Shown here: positions 29,581 to 41,410 of the stretch, one piece after another
Numbering within the stretch: position 1 is the stretch's first letter
Layout: the number at the start of each line of letters is the position of its first letter
Origin: the human T2T-CHM13v2.0 reference genome, Homo sapiens
DNA: 64,000 nucleotides
Strand: one strand, 5' to 3'
NCBI RefSeq assembly: GCF_009914755.1
Contig: NC_060925.1
Notes under the pieces: model-generated
The model's database searches: none
What the model was told of the DNA's origin: nothing
What the model saw: only the letters and a program-made list of their open reading frames with translations
Made by a program: the position numbers and the translations under genes

Positions 29581-32418
29581 CTGGATCCAGGACATCAAGT
29601 CTATAGCTTAGGTCTCATTGAGACCTCTTAATGACAATCACCCATGCAAAGAAGGAAGTAGAGCATCTGGGCTTACTGCTGTGAGGATGGAGTTAGCCTG
29701 AGCCTCAAGGTAGCAAAGGGAGCTCTGGGAATTCCTGCTGAGGCTGGTGCTCAGCACAGGGCACACAACCTGTGTCACTTGGAAACCAGGGGCAATCCAA
29801 GGCCTAGTTCACCCACAGAACCCCTGGCCACCTTCCTAGAGAGTAAAGGAGACCAAGCTCCCAGACTCTGAGCCCTGGACCTTTGACCCTTAATATCCTG
29901 TTTTATCCCAGAATAAAGCTCAGAGAGGCAGAATCTTGAGGGGGTTCAAGAGGCAAAAAGTAAGAGATCACTGAATCAGAGGCACCCTGTGGAACCCTGT
30001 GTGGCCAGACACACAGTTCTGCCCCCTGAAAGGGTGATGCCCTTCCCCTTTCATTCTCCTAGTCCTGCTCTACCCTGATTCCCAAGCTTTAATGCCAGGT
30101 ACCTGCCCCTGCCAAGCTGAGTCCCATCACCTTCTCCTCTCTACCCTAAGCCAATCTCCAAGGACCACCAGTCCTTTACAAACTGCTTTCAGATGAATAA
30201 TTGAGAGCTCAGGGGAAGGAAAAATTAACCCCTCCCTATCTTGGGACCATAAAAGCTTCTGGTCCCACAGCCAAATGTTTACCCCATGCGTGAATCCAGG
30301 GCAATCTTCCTAAAGAAGGCCAAGCAAGCACCAGGCTGTCTCCAGAGGCTCAGCCCCTGTCCCCCTGGTAAAACATACCAAAAAAGGAGCAATTACCCCA
30401 TTGTTACTTTCTCTGTGTGTGGGGGTTGGGAGGTGAAAGGGGAGGACAAGTGTCCCACCAGATACCATATCCAAGGCCACACTGGCCATACCCACCCCAC
30501 AACACTGCAGGAATGACCCACTCAAGTAGGCCTTCTCCACAGCTCATACAGCAGCATTCACCCCCTGACAGGAGCCAACACCTTCCGGAGCTGGCCTGGG
30601 TATGAATTCCTGCAACAGGCACAACAGTGCGGCCCCATTTCCAGCCAATGGCACTGCACATGCCTCAAATGCCAAGGTTTTACTAGGACGTGGACGCCTT
30701 ACAAATGAAAAATCTGAAGCTATTTTTGTTTTTGGCAGAAGAGTTTGACAGTGGGAAAGATAGGGGGTGGGGGGAGGCTGGAAAAGAGGCATTCAAAACA
30801 GGTAAGCTCTGAAATGAAAAAGGTGACAAATCCTGGCAAAGGAAAACATTTTCCCCTGCTGTAAAAAGTCAGTTACTCCATTAAACAGCTTCTATTTTGG
30901 AGGTAAAAGGCCAAAAGGGGGTGGAGTGACCAGACAGCTTGTCCTGGGGTTTGACACCTAGCTGAGTACAGGCATAAGGCAGCAAAAAAAGTCATGTCAC
31001 CAAGGTCTGTCCTTCAATGACCTCAGTGGAGAGCCTCTGGAAACTTACTTTCCACAATCTCACATCACATCCCCTAGCTCAGAATGGGGCTGGTCTGGGG
31101 GCAGAGGAAGGTGCCCATGACCCGGAGGGCTTCTCCTGTGTTCACAGGATTTTGGTAGGCAAAGCATGAAACTGACAAGGTGAACCAAGCTGGGGATCCT
31201 TGGGGGACAGGCTTGGGACACACGCACAGATCCTCTTCTCCAACGGTGCCACTCCTAGGCTAGCCAGGGCACTTTCCTGAACTCTTTTTCTCCAGCCTCC
31301 TCAAGAGCAAAAGGGAACAAGCTACTAACCTCTTTCTCTGGGGGGTCCCTTGTATACTTGCATTTTGTTGCATTCAAGTAGAGACGAGGAAAAAATAAAC
31401 ACATCAGTTCCCTTCCTGTGTGCCAACAGGTCCACATGGGGAAATGTACACATGCTTTGTATTGAATTCGTGGACACCCAGGAGCCCTTTCTACAGACAG
31501 TAAACATACAGGCTCCCTCGAAGTAAGGTAAACAAGGCATACATTTGACCATCACGTACATTCATGCAAAATACAGCAACGCATGCCTGGTCTTACAAAC
31601 AGATCGCATTGTGCCTAGGACCCCGAGAAAGTTCAGACGCTCTCTCTTAAGAAATACGGACCCTTTTTCTTGCAGTGCGATTTCAGGTCTGGAACCTCAG
31701 CCTGTTGCTGACATATCAGGGCTGCCCGGGATAAAAGCAGAACATCTCGGATCCTATTCAAATGTCAACACTAAGCAAGCGCAGGAATTTAGTTGAGTAC
31801 AGGTAACTTTGCCCAGTCCCTTCCCGTCCCCCACCTCCAGTGTAAACACCTCGCAGAGTGAGTCTTTCGATCCCTCTCCCCGGGGCCGCGACGGCCCTTG
31901 GCGTCACGTAGAGACCTTTCCCAGAGCTCGCGGGGTGGAAGTGGCGTCGGGCAGGACCAGATGGACTGGCCCCCAGCCTCTGGTAGACACACCGCCGGCT
32001 CGCCGAGCTGGAGAACTTTGCGAAGCGCCCCAAACCGCTCCGGGTTTCCACTTTCAGCCATTTCTCTCCTTGTCCCCTCACCAAGAGCGGGGACGGAGCA
32101 AGCCTTCGCCACCTGTCTCTGGCACCCGCCGAGGGAAGACAGGCCAATGGAAAGAGGGCAGAGGTTCACACCCCACCCCCGAACCCCAGCGCCTGGCTGC
32201 CCGGAGGTGGCTCCACAGCCCGAGGGAACCGACGCCCCCGGGCCGGCTGTCTGCTCCCCCACGGCACGGGCCCCACCCCCAATCCTTCCGGCGCCCCAGC
32301 GCCCACCCACCCGGGCGCGGGAGTGGGAGGGTGCCGCGTGGGCAGCCGGAGCAACAGGCGTGGGAGCAGCGCTCCTCGCACTTCCTGGCTCCAGAAGGCT
32401 CGGTCGCGTCCCTCTTAC

Positions 32419-32600
32419 CTTCCGCGAAGCCAGCCCGGGCCCCGCGCCCGGCGCCCCGCGCGCGCGAGGAAGCTGCGGCCGGGAGCCGGGGCCGCGGAGG
32501 CGCCGAGCGCCCAGCAGCGCGGGGAAGCGCCCAGCAGCCGCCGCTCGCGCGGCTCCTCCTCGCCAGCGCAGTCTCGCTCGCTGCCTCCCTCGCTCGGTCG
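32419..32600 (-). other. KCND3: KCND3 non-coding first exon (5' boundary/TSS uncertain)
   Basis: Strong donor GGAAG|GTAAGA at 32419/32418 inside the CpG island; no ATG upstream on the minus strand; implies a 6706-nt intron 1 (32418-25713). Confidence 0.7.
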
Positions 32601-32637
32601 GTTCGTGCGTCCGTCCGTCCGTGGGGCCCTCCCTCCC

Positions 32638-32703
32638 CCGCCGCCACTGCCGCCGCCACTGCCGCCGCCACTGCCGCCGCCGCCGCTGCCGCAGCCTCCG
32701 CCG
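32638..32703 (+). repeat. Interrupted CCG repeat: (CCGCCGCCACTG)3 (CCG)4 CTG CCG CAG CCT CCG CCG
   Basis: Read directly; dodecamer units at 32638, 32650 and 32662. Confidence 0.95.
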
Positions 32704-33103
32704 CTCCAGCCCCGGCTCGGCAGCGCGTCCCCTCCCCGCCTCGCCGCTCCGCTCGCGGGCTCGCGGGCTCCCTCGCTCTCTCCCTTCCCCCGCCGCTGCC
32801 GGCGCCGCGCCGAGCGGAGCCCGGCCGGCCACGGGCTGCCTCTCCCGAGGTCCCTTTCTCGAGGGGGGGAGGTGGTGGGGGCGCGGCGCAGGCGGGGCGG
32901 GGAGGAGAGGAGAGTCCGGGGGAGGCGGCAAGGCTGCGCCCTCGGCTCCCCTCCGATCCCCGCGGGCCCAGCGGCCCCAGGCCGGGCCGGAGAGCGCCGA
33001 GCCGCCAGGCAGTGGAGGAAGAGAGGAGGAGGACCCGGAGTCTCGCCGCGGGAGGGTGCCCAGGGCGAGGGCGTGCGAGGGGGAGTGACTCCGCGCGCGA
33101 GGG

Positions 33104-33162
33104 TGTGTATGAGTGTGAGTGCGTGTGTGTGTGTCTGTGTGTGTGGAGAGGGGCGCGCGCGT
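33104..33162 (+). repeat. Imperfect (TG)n/(CG)n purine-pyrimidine tract in the promoter
   Basis: tgtgtatgagtgtgagtgcgtgtgtgtgtgtctgtgtgtgtg...gcgcgcgcgt. Confidence 0.8.
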
Positions 33163-35959
33163 GAGCGGGGGGTGGGGAGACGAGGCAGAGCCTAGTGCGT
33201 CTCCCCGGGCGAGTGGAGGAATCCTAGGGTGTGCCTGGAGGTGGCGGAGTGTACCGACGCGGGTGTGAGCGCGTGTGCCAGCGAGGGTGGGCACGGGGGT
33301 GAGCGTGGCAAGGTGAGCTGGGTTTGGGGGTGGGGGAGGAGCAGGGAGTACGGCGTGAGCGTAAGTTCGGGGGCGTGTGTGGCTGGGGACCCACGGAGAG
33401 GTGGCAGGGAGGGCCGGCGTGTGCGCGCGTGGGGTATGTGTGCACCTAGCTGTGTGTCTATTTCTCGCTGACTGTCCACAGGGCAGCAGCACCTGCTTGA
33501 GACCAAGCCCGGCGACCTGGCAAGGTGGGGCCCCCTACCGCGCAATCTTTGCGGCTGGCCCCCGGCTCTCAGCTCCGAGTGCAGAGGCTGAAGAGGTACC
33601 CGGGGGACACACTGCCTCTAACCCCACCTATGAGCCGCTCTCCTCTCGGAGGACGAAGGCACCATCAGAAGGTCGAGATTCGCCCTCCTCTCCCGCCACG
33701 TCTACCCACTACCTAGACCGGGAGTCTGGACTTGGGAGCGTGAACTCTCACCCGAGCCGGTCCCCTTACAACTGGAGCCCGCCCAGCCCCTCAGTCCCTC
33801 CCTGAAGCCCATGGGTCCCCACTGCTCCGTGCCTCGTCGACCCAGGATGGGGAGTGGGAAGGTCAGCATGTGCCCACAGGGCCAGGTGTCCGGCCCAGAT
33901 TCCCACCCTCAGGGCGGCGGCGCGCAAAGGGCGCAGTCCCCGCCGCTGGGCGGACCCGCGGCTCCGGCTTTCCCGGTGTCTCCAGCCTCGGTGCCCGGAA
34001 TCCTGGATCTCGGCCTGGCGCTCCGGAAGCGAGGCAGCTCCGTGCCCCAGCAGGGACGGGGAACGCTTGGCTTGAGAGATCACATTTCTGGGTGTGGAGA
34101 GGTGGGTGCCGAGGCAGAGAAATGCAAAGTGCGTTGTGACCTCTGGGGTGTTCTAGACTGCGAGGGTGTTCTAGACCCTAGGACAATTGTAGACCCAGGG
34201 CTGGAAAAGGACCTCCCTGAATCCGGAACGGGGCTTCTGGCTTGTGAGAACCCCTAGCCCTCTTCCAGATGAAGGAGTGGAAGTCGGTAATTGTGGTCTG
34301 GGCCCTTGTGGCCCCTGGCACCTTGGAGTCCCTCATTCACTCACTCTTACTTTTTCCGGAGCCCCCTTCAGTCTGTCAGTTTGAAAGGTACACAATTGGC
34401 CCTTCAGGAGGTGGGCGTGGGCTCCATTAGCGTTTGCCAGGAGTCCCGGAGCTGTGTGGGATTTGCATACAGTAATAATGATTAACAACACTGCCACTCC
34501 CTGGCAGACAGGGGAAGAATTCGGGGAAGGCCCTGGCGCTGCTCCCACCTCCCTCCTCCCTTTCCTCTGGGGAAGGGCTAATTTTCTGGCAACTGCACTC
34601 CTCAGTTGCTCTGACCCCTGGGATAAAGTGCCTCAGGTCCTGGGTGGTCACTACTCAGGAGGCAGGGGCACTTTCCTTCAGTACTCCATCCCATGTTCAA
34701 TTCGGGAAAGTGAAACCCATATTTTATTTCTGCCCAGGTTTGAACTCCTGTACATTCTCACTGTTGTTTAGCATCTTGGGGGCAGCTCAGGGGTTGAGTG
34801 CCCCCCTCAGTGTTTGGAGGCTTCAGGAGACAGTTGGGCACATCATTTCTCCTCAGAAAGTCAACTAATGGGACAGTTGTGGCCTCCTGAGACTCGTAAG
34901 CTCCGTTTGAAGACCAGACACTGGTCCAGACACCTGCCCCCTCATTCCTCATAAGCTCGTAACTCATTGCTTAAGTGTGGTAGCTGTAGACTATTCTCTC
35001 CTTTCTGTCTTAACCATCTAGGGAAAATAGGAAAGACTGGGATTTCTAGTCTAGGCCAGTGTGGGTTTTGTTTACCAGTCCTTCCTACAACCAGGTGATC
35101 TGCAAAATGAGAGCAAGCGATGGGGAGAAAGGAGGCCCCTTGATTCGGGCAGCTGGAGTAGTCCTGCTGCCCAGGAGATGCTGTCCCTCCCACCAGTCCC
35201 CAGTCATCTATTGCATCTTTCCAGCACTGCCTGTCCTCACCTTCCCCCTCTGCCTCTGGTCCCGGCCTGGCCGGGATTTTCACTTGCTTTTCCCCCATGA
35301 CACGGCCGCTTTTCCTTTAACTCTCAGCTTCTATTTAAAAAGCTAATTTGGGAGCTTGTCGATGCTCCCAATTCAGACATTTTAAATAGGAACTGAAAGT
35401 CAGGAGCTGCCAGGGCACTAGATTTCCTCCCGTTGCCACCAGCACAGCTGAGGCATTTGTTCAGTCACTCCTCTGGCCCTGGCCGTGTGTGTCTGTGTGT
35501 GTGAGCACCCGCGAGCTCAGGGTGTATTTCAGGCTATCTTTTCTATTTAAAGACGGTGCTCCTATGGATGACTATTCTTTCTCTGTGTGTGTGTCCTTTC
35601 CAAGCTGTGCACACATGAGGATTCTTCTTTAGTCTCATGGCTGTGGCCGGTATTTGCAAAGCTTGTCACCGTGTGGACTGTGAGGGTAATTGGGAGCCCA
35701 GCTCAAAGTCGGCTGCTTCTTTGCTGACGTGCCAGGCTAGTGTGTCTGCGTGGCTGTTTCCCAGGGCTGCTCTGTTCAGGCTCTCTCTTTGAAGCTATGC
35801 CTCATATGCCTGAGAATGTCCTTAAGGGTCACTCCCACCCTCACTGCTTATAGCTGTCCCATTTTAGCAATCTGCCCCATGCTGGGGCAAGAATTTTGGG
35901 GGTGGGCTGTACCTCTGAGGGTTACAGCCTTTCTACATTTAGGGTGCTATGTACCTTAG

Positions 35960-36205
35960 AAGTAAAAAGTACAGACTTTGAGGTGAGACTGCCTGGGTTT
36001 GAACCTGCGTCTGCTGTTAATTAGCTGTGTGATCATGTGGAAGGTACTTAATCCCTCTGTGCCATGATTTCTTCCTCTCTCAAATGGCAATAAATAATAC
36101 TATCTACTTTATAGGGTTGTGAAAATTAAATGAAGTAACACAGATAAAGTGCTTAGAATCGTGCCTGGAACATGGGAAGTACAATATAATTGTTGGTTGT
36201 TGTTG
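35960..36205 (+). mobile_element. MIR
   Basis: agactgcctgggtttgaacc...tagctgtgtgatc...tacttaatccctctgtgcc...agggttgtgaaaattaaatga. Confidence 0.85.
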
Positions 36206-37165
36206 TTCAAGGTAGGAGTGGTGCAGGCAGGAGGTGCAAAGAAATCTGTCTGAGGAGGAAGATAGAACTGCCGGATTGTACACAGAGACACATATAGTCA
36301 CTCACCCACCCATGCATGTAACAATAAAAATGGCAGGCCACAGCCCACAGGCAGTCAAGTTCACCTTGCTGAGATAGTTAATTCTGTAAGTCCCAGAAAA
36401 GGGAGATTTCTGTTGAAGGAATAGAGGAAGAGTCTAGGGATAGAGATGAGGAAGGGGCTTGACCATGTCAGAAGCCCATGGGACATTTCTTGGGAGCCGA
36501 TTTTATGCTGAAGAGTAAGTCCCGGGCCCCTCACTATCCATGTGGTCCCAGCCTCCCTTATTTAACCACTGAAAGCAAGGCCTTTTGAAAGTGAGCTCCA
36601 GCGAGAAACTCAGGAGGGTGGCACCTCATTCTCCCCAAGGCTCCCCTTGGGTTTGGGGTACTCTCACTTTCATACTGCCATTGCGTTCCATCCCTTATTC
36701 CCACAGCTGGGCATGTGAGCTTTTATTCAGTTGCTATTAGAGTTTATTTCACCTCGATGGGCCCGCAGGAAGCTGCTAGCAGGAAGAGGAGCTCTGAAGG
36801 ACAGGAGGCTGTCCAAGGGATGAAAGCAACGTTGCAAATGCTTGGCTTAGCATATCAGCTGTAAGCTGAGGAGCCACCATATGTTGGGCTCCTTGCTAGA
36901 TTTTCCATAATCCTGCACTGTAGATATTACCATCATTTTATTGATAGAGAACCTGAAGGTAGCTGGTGGAGAGGGACACTCCAGAAGGATGTGAGGCTGC
37001 ATAGCTGGATTGGAACTCTGACCTCTCCCTTTTGCCGCTATCCCAGGATCCTTGGTTTCCCCGCTTCTGAAAGTAGAGTATCCTCCTCAGTCAGATAGAG
37101 GGGCTATCCTAAGAGGACACTCTTGACCTCTCCTGTATTTGGCCTCCATAAGTTATGTGTGGGGT

Positions 37166-37526
37166 TGACATAGTTTGAATATTTGTCCCCTCCAAATCTC
37201 ATGTTAAAATGCAACCCCCAATGTTGGAGGTGGGCCTAGTGGGAGGTGTTCAGGTTATGGGGGCATATCCCTCATGCATGTCTTGGTGCCCTCCCCATGG
37301 TAATGAGTGAGTTCCTGCTCTATTAGTTCACGTGAGAGCTGGTTGTTGTAATGTGTCTGGCACCTCCTTCCTCTCTCTCTTGCTCTCCCTTGCCATGTGA
37401 CACATCTGCTTCCCTTTCCCACCCGCCATGAATAAAAGCTTCCTGAGACCTCACCAGAAGCAGATGCTAGTGCCGTGTTTGTACAGCCTGCAGAAACCAT
37501 GAGCCAAATAAACCTGGACTAATACG
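37166..37526 (+). mobile_element. MSTB-like MaLR solo LTR with a 3' internal deletion
   Basis: TGACATAGTTTGAATATTTGTCCCCTCCAAATCTCATGTT...AATAAACCT|GGACTAATAC; 5-bp TSD GGGGT at 37161-37165 and 37527-37531. Confidence 0.88.
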
Positions 37527-38279
37527 GGGGTGGAGGCTCAGTATGTCCAGGGTGGGGATGCACCCTATTTTTCTTCAGGGTGATGTCTGCCTGAGGAATT
37601 CCAAAGCTTAGGGGTGGCTTGGCTTTCTCTAGTTTCCCAAGGTGGGGTAGGAGGTGGTGGTGTAAATGCTGACGAGCTTTGCCCCAGTCTCAGAAGGCCA
37701 GGGCTTTGCCTACCGGGTATCAGCCCAGGTTGTCCAGCTTCCAGGCCAGGAGGCACTGTCCAACATTGGTGGCCCCAATGGCTGAATGCTCACAACTATC
37801 AGATGCTTCTAGTCCCTTTCTGAGGGTGGAGAACTCTTGCTTCCTGCAGCACTAACTCCATTTTGGAGGCCAGTAGTGGCCTGGATGGTCATCTCATTGA
37901 TCAATATGCTTAGACCAGTTATGGCAAATGAGAAGCCATCCAACTTGCTGGGCTCCAGTGGAGCTTCTGAAAGTCAGCCCTTCCAGTGGACCTTCTGCCA
38001 GCCTGACCCCTGCTCCAACCAAGGCAGCTCCTGGGGAAAGCAAAGTCCAGGTGGAGGGTTTTCTGCTCATCAAGACCTCCCTTGGAGGGAGATGCTAGGG
38101 AAGGAAGAGGAGGGAAGAGAAGGAGGAAAGCAAATATGAGAAGGAGAGATAGGTACTGGGAGTTTGGGGGAAATCCTAATCATTTGTTTAGTTTCTTGCT
38201 AGAAAATCTGGAGAAGGGTGAGTGTAGGCTGGGGATATAACTCTTAGGTGCAATGACTTGTTTTCTGCTGGTGGTTTCT

Positions 38280-39010
38280 TTTGCTTGTGTGCTGATGTTT
38301 CCCAGGTCTCTGTCCTTGGCCTTCTTTGCTTCTCTCTCTGCCCTTTTCCCTGGAGAGTTTATGCAAGTCCATGGTTTCAAGTTCACTCAGATGCTTATGA
38401 TTTCTTCCTGCACTCTTCTGTTCCCAGTAATGATCCACTGTGCATCTCCATCTTTGTACATAGGCACCTCTATGCTTCATCTCACCAGTGGCCTTAATCC
38501 TTCTGCAATCAATTGTTTCCCCTAAAAAACACTCTTCCTATCATGGTATATCCTCTACTTTCTTTCCAGCCTTACCTTCTTCTACTTACTCACATCTTCC
38601 TTTCTAGCATGTAGATCTTTTCTTCATTACCTGCAAAATCTCATATCTTCATGTCTTTGTACATGCTGCACCCTCTTCCAGAAATGCCTTCCACCACTTC
38701 CTATTTCCTTTGTCTTCCTAGCAAACTTCCACTCAGCCTCAAACCTTAAATACCCAAGAAAAAAGTCACGTAAGTGTTGGTAAAGTCCTCCCCCACATCC
38801 CAGGATGAACTAGTCGTTCCCCACTTTGGATTTTCACAGTCCTTCCTGCATACCTCAAATATGGTTCTTATGACCTGTATGGCCTTGTTTTCTGCATAGT
38901 GGTATCCCTCTCTGGACTTCAAGCTGTTTATGGCAAGGACCGTTGTCAGCCATTTCTGAATCCTAGCTCAGTGCTCGGGACATTGCAGATGTTCAATACA
39001 TTTGCATTAA
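38280..39010 (+). mobile_element. L2 fragment
   Basis: catggtttcaagttcactcagatgct...tctttgtacatgctgcaccctcttccagaaatgcc...gatgttcaatacatttg. Confidence 0.6.
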
Positions 39011-39574
39011 TAATTTATTTTAACTTTAATTTACGTGGCTCCCTTGATTGTATGTAACTGGGAATATGTGATTAATTTGTCAACTGGTTGGTCTCCAGGT
39101 CCTATCTGATTGATCTTAAGCACTAGCATGAGGACAGAAAGAAGAATGAGGGTGTTCCATTTTCAGCTGATCCTACATGAAAAGAGCCCCAAAGCCCCAC
39201 TCCTCCAGTAGGGAGGAAAGGAAAGTCTTTTCGTATCTACAAAGTGAGCCTCAGTCGATGCTGCCTGCAGAGACCTTGCCAGTGTTCTTTTCTTGAACCA
39301 GATTGGTTTTCAGATAACTCTTTTCTTTCCTTTCTGGCAGAATGTCAATCACATATCCAGAATATCACCTCCTTGGGCACAGCCAGGGCATGGTCCATTG
39401 AAAATGTTCCTGATTGCTGGAAGCTGACGGCTCACCATAAAAGCCAAAATGGGGACCTGTCAAAAATGTTTTAGCCAAACTATGGCTTGGCTCAGGAAGA
39501 TGCCAAGACCAAAGGCTGCTGAACTTTAAGTATAAACTTGCATGAAAAGCACATTGCAGGTCTGAGACAGTGGA

Positions 39575-39815
39575 GGCTTAGTGGTGAGAACATGAGCTCT
39601 GGATAGACCTGGCTTCAAGTCTTGGCTCTGTCATTCACCAGCTGTGTGAATTTGGGCAAACCACTTTTCTTCTCTGATGCTCAGTTCCCTCACCTAGCAA
39701 AATGGGTTATAATGATGGCATCAACTCATAAGGTTCATGAGGACTGAGCTAGATAATGCAAACAACATGTTTCATATACAATAATAAATAAAAATGTTGG
39801 CTGTTATAATATTGT
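39575..39815 (+). mobile_element. MIR
   Basis: tagtggtgagaacatgagctctgga...cagctgtgtgaatttgggcaaaccactt...ctcagtttcctcacct. Confidence 0.8.
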
Positions 39816-40764
39816 CACTGAGTCTACATGTATCTGAAACTAGCTCTTTTAAATCCTGGGTACAGCTTTACAAGCAGTATTGTGTAGTTTAGACAGATCA
39901 CCTGAGTTCTTTCTATGTAATTATTGTTTCTACTGAACCTTGGTAAATGTGTGAAATCACAGAAGTTTGTCCCTAGACACTCCCCTCACCCCACTGGCTC
40001 CTCTCTCCATTCTGTGCAACCCCATTTCTGCAGCCTTGAGCTTCAGCCCATTTCTCTCCATTTCCTCCTCATTAGCAAGAACTGATAAAATTATTTGAAC
40101 TGATATGTAAGTGACCATCTCATCCAGAGATACAGTATTCACATTTTAGTAGGTCAGAGCCTTAAGCCAAGGCAGTGAAATAGAGTGGATGGTACTTCAA
40201 GCATTCATCAAAGTAATGGGGAAAGTTTGGGGTCCCAGGAGACTCTTCCCAATTCCACAGAGTCCTGCCCATTCATAAAACTGGTACTATTGATGCATTA
40301 TAAGCAACAAGGTGGTCCGTGTTTGAATTCTGCAGCTGGAAAATCAAGTCTCCAGCTTTTGCAAAAGTGTTGTAATAGGGAAACTTGGACACTAATTTTA
40401 TATACCAACCTCTTCTTGGTAAAGAGACATAGCTCATGAGCACCAAGGCCTTTCCAGCATTGCACATCTATGATACTTATACTCAAGTGCATTTTTTTCT
40501 TCAGAGCTCAAGGCTAGAGTTGGGTGTTTTTGCCTCACTGGGTTTGTAGGAGACTCAGCTACAAAGTCATTAATTGCTTTGGTGAATCAACAAGTAAAGA
40601 AAGACAGTCCAGCTATTGTCCCCACACTGCAAAATCATAAGAGGCTTCTGGACTTCTCCACAAAATCCTCATTAAAGATGAGTCCTCATGGCTCTTACAG
40701 AATTCTTTATTATGTCCTTTGTGCTGAGACTGCAAGGTAAAGAAAGAAAAAAGGGAAATAACTA

Positions 40765-40960
40765 AATTTGTTATCATGGAAAATTTCAAACATACAAAAG
40801 ATGAAAGAATTGTATAATATACACCCATGAACTTGTCATTTAGCTTTGAAAGTTACCAACTCATGGCCAATCATTTTTCATCTGTACCCTACTCACACAC
40901 TCCCCCACCATAATTTTGAAACAAATTCCAAATATAATTTCATCTGTAAATATTTCTGTG
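40765..40960 (-). mobile_element. Old L1 (L1MC-like) 3' end
   Basis: atggaaaatttcaaacatacaaaag...ccaactcatggccaatc...attttgaaacaaattccaaatataatttcatctgtaaatattt. Confidence 0.7.
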
Positions 40961-41187
40961 ATTGCACCTTTGTTATGGCCAACAAAATCCATCTTTCTAG
41001 AAGAGAAGTCATTCTTCCCTCCCTCCATGATGCTAAGAACATTTGGCCAGTACCTGCATCCATGCCCAGGAGTGGTCTCTGGGTTAGGCAAGCTTGAGGG
41101 TTTACTGAATGTTATCCAAAGTTTGTCCTTTTCCTTGGGTAGAAAAAGGAACCCATAAAATGTCTGGTAGAGGTGCCACTGTGTGCA

Positions 41188-41190
<3 letters not shown>

Positions 41191-41221
<31 letters not shown>
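41191..41221 (+). repeat. Poly(T)31 homopolymer
   Basis: Read directly; no adjacent Alu or L1 body. Confidence 0.95.
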
Positions 41222-41222
<1 letters not shown>

Positions 41223-41410
41223 TCAGCAGGGATGATGCTCAATAGCTGTGATGAGGTCCAAGCTGAGAGAAAAGAGTCATGATCATGAATCCCAACTGGA
41301 TTCATCATTTTCCACATACTTTACTTCATTTAGCTTTCACCAATTCTCATGTTAGTTCCATTTTACAGATAAGAAAACTAAGACCTAAGCTCACCCAGCT
41401 AGTAGTTACT

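Larger units (their letters stand above)
31800..34100. promoter_or_regulatory. CpG-island promoter of KCND3, probably bidirectional
   Basis: Very GC- and CpG-rich against CpG-depleted flanks; GC box (GGGGCGGGG near 32894-32902), CCAAT at 32144-32148, first-exon donor inside. Confidence 0.9.

Noticed and set aside
31789-33492. Long ORFs of 567, 451, 396 and 290 aa on both strands
   Set aside because: Overlapping Pro/Arg/Ala/Gly-rich frames are expected from stop-codon scarcity in a CpG island; no recognisable domains.
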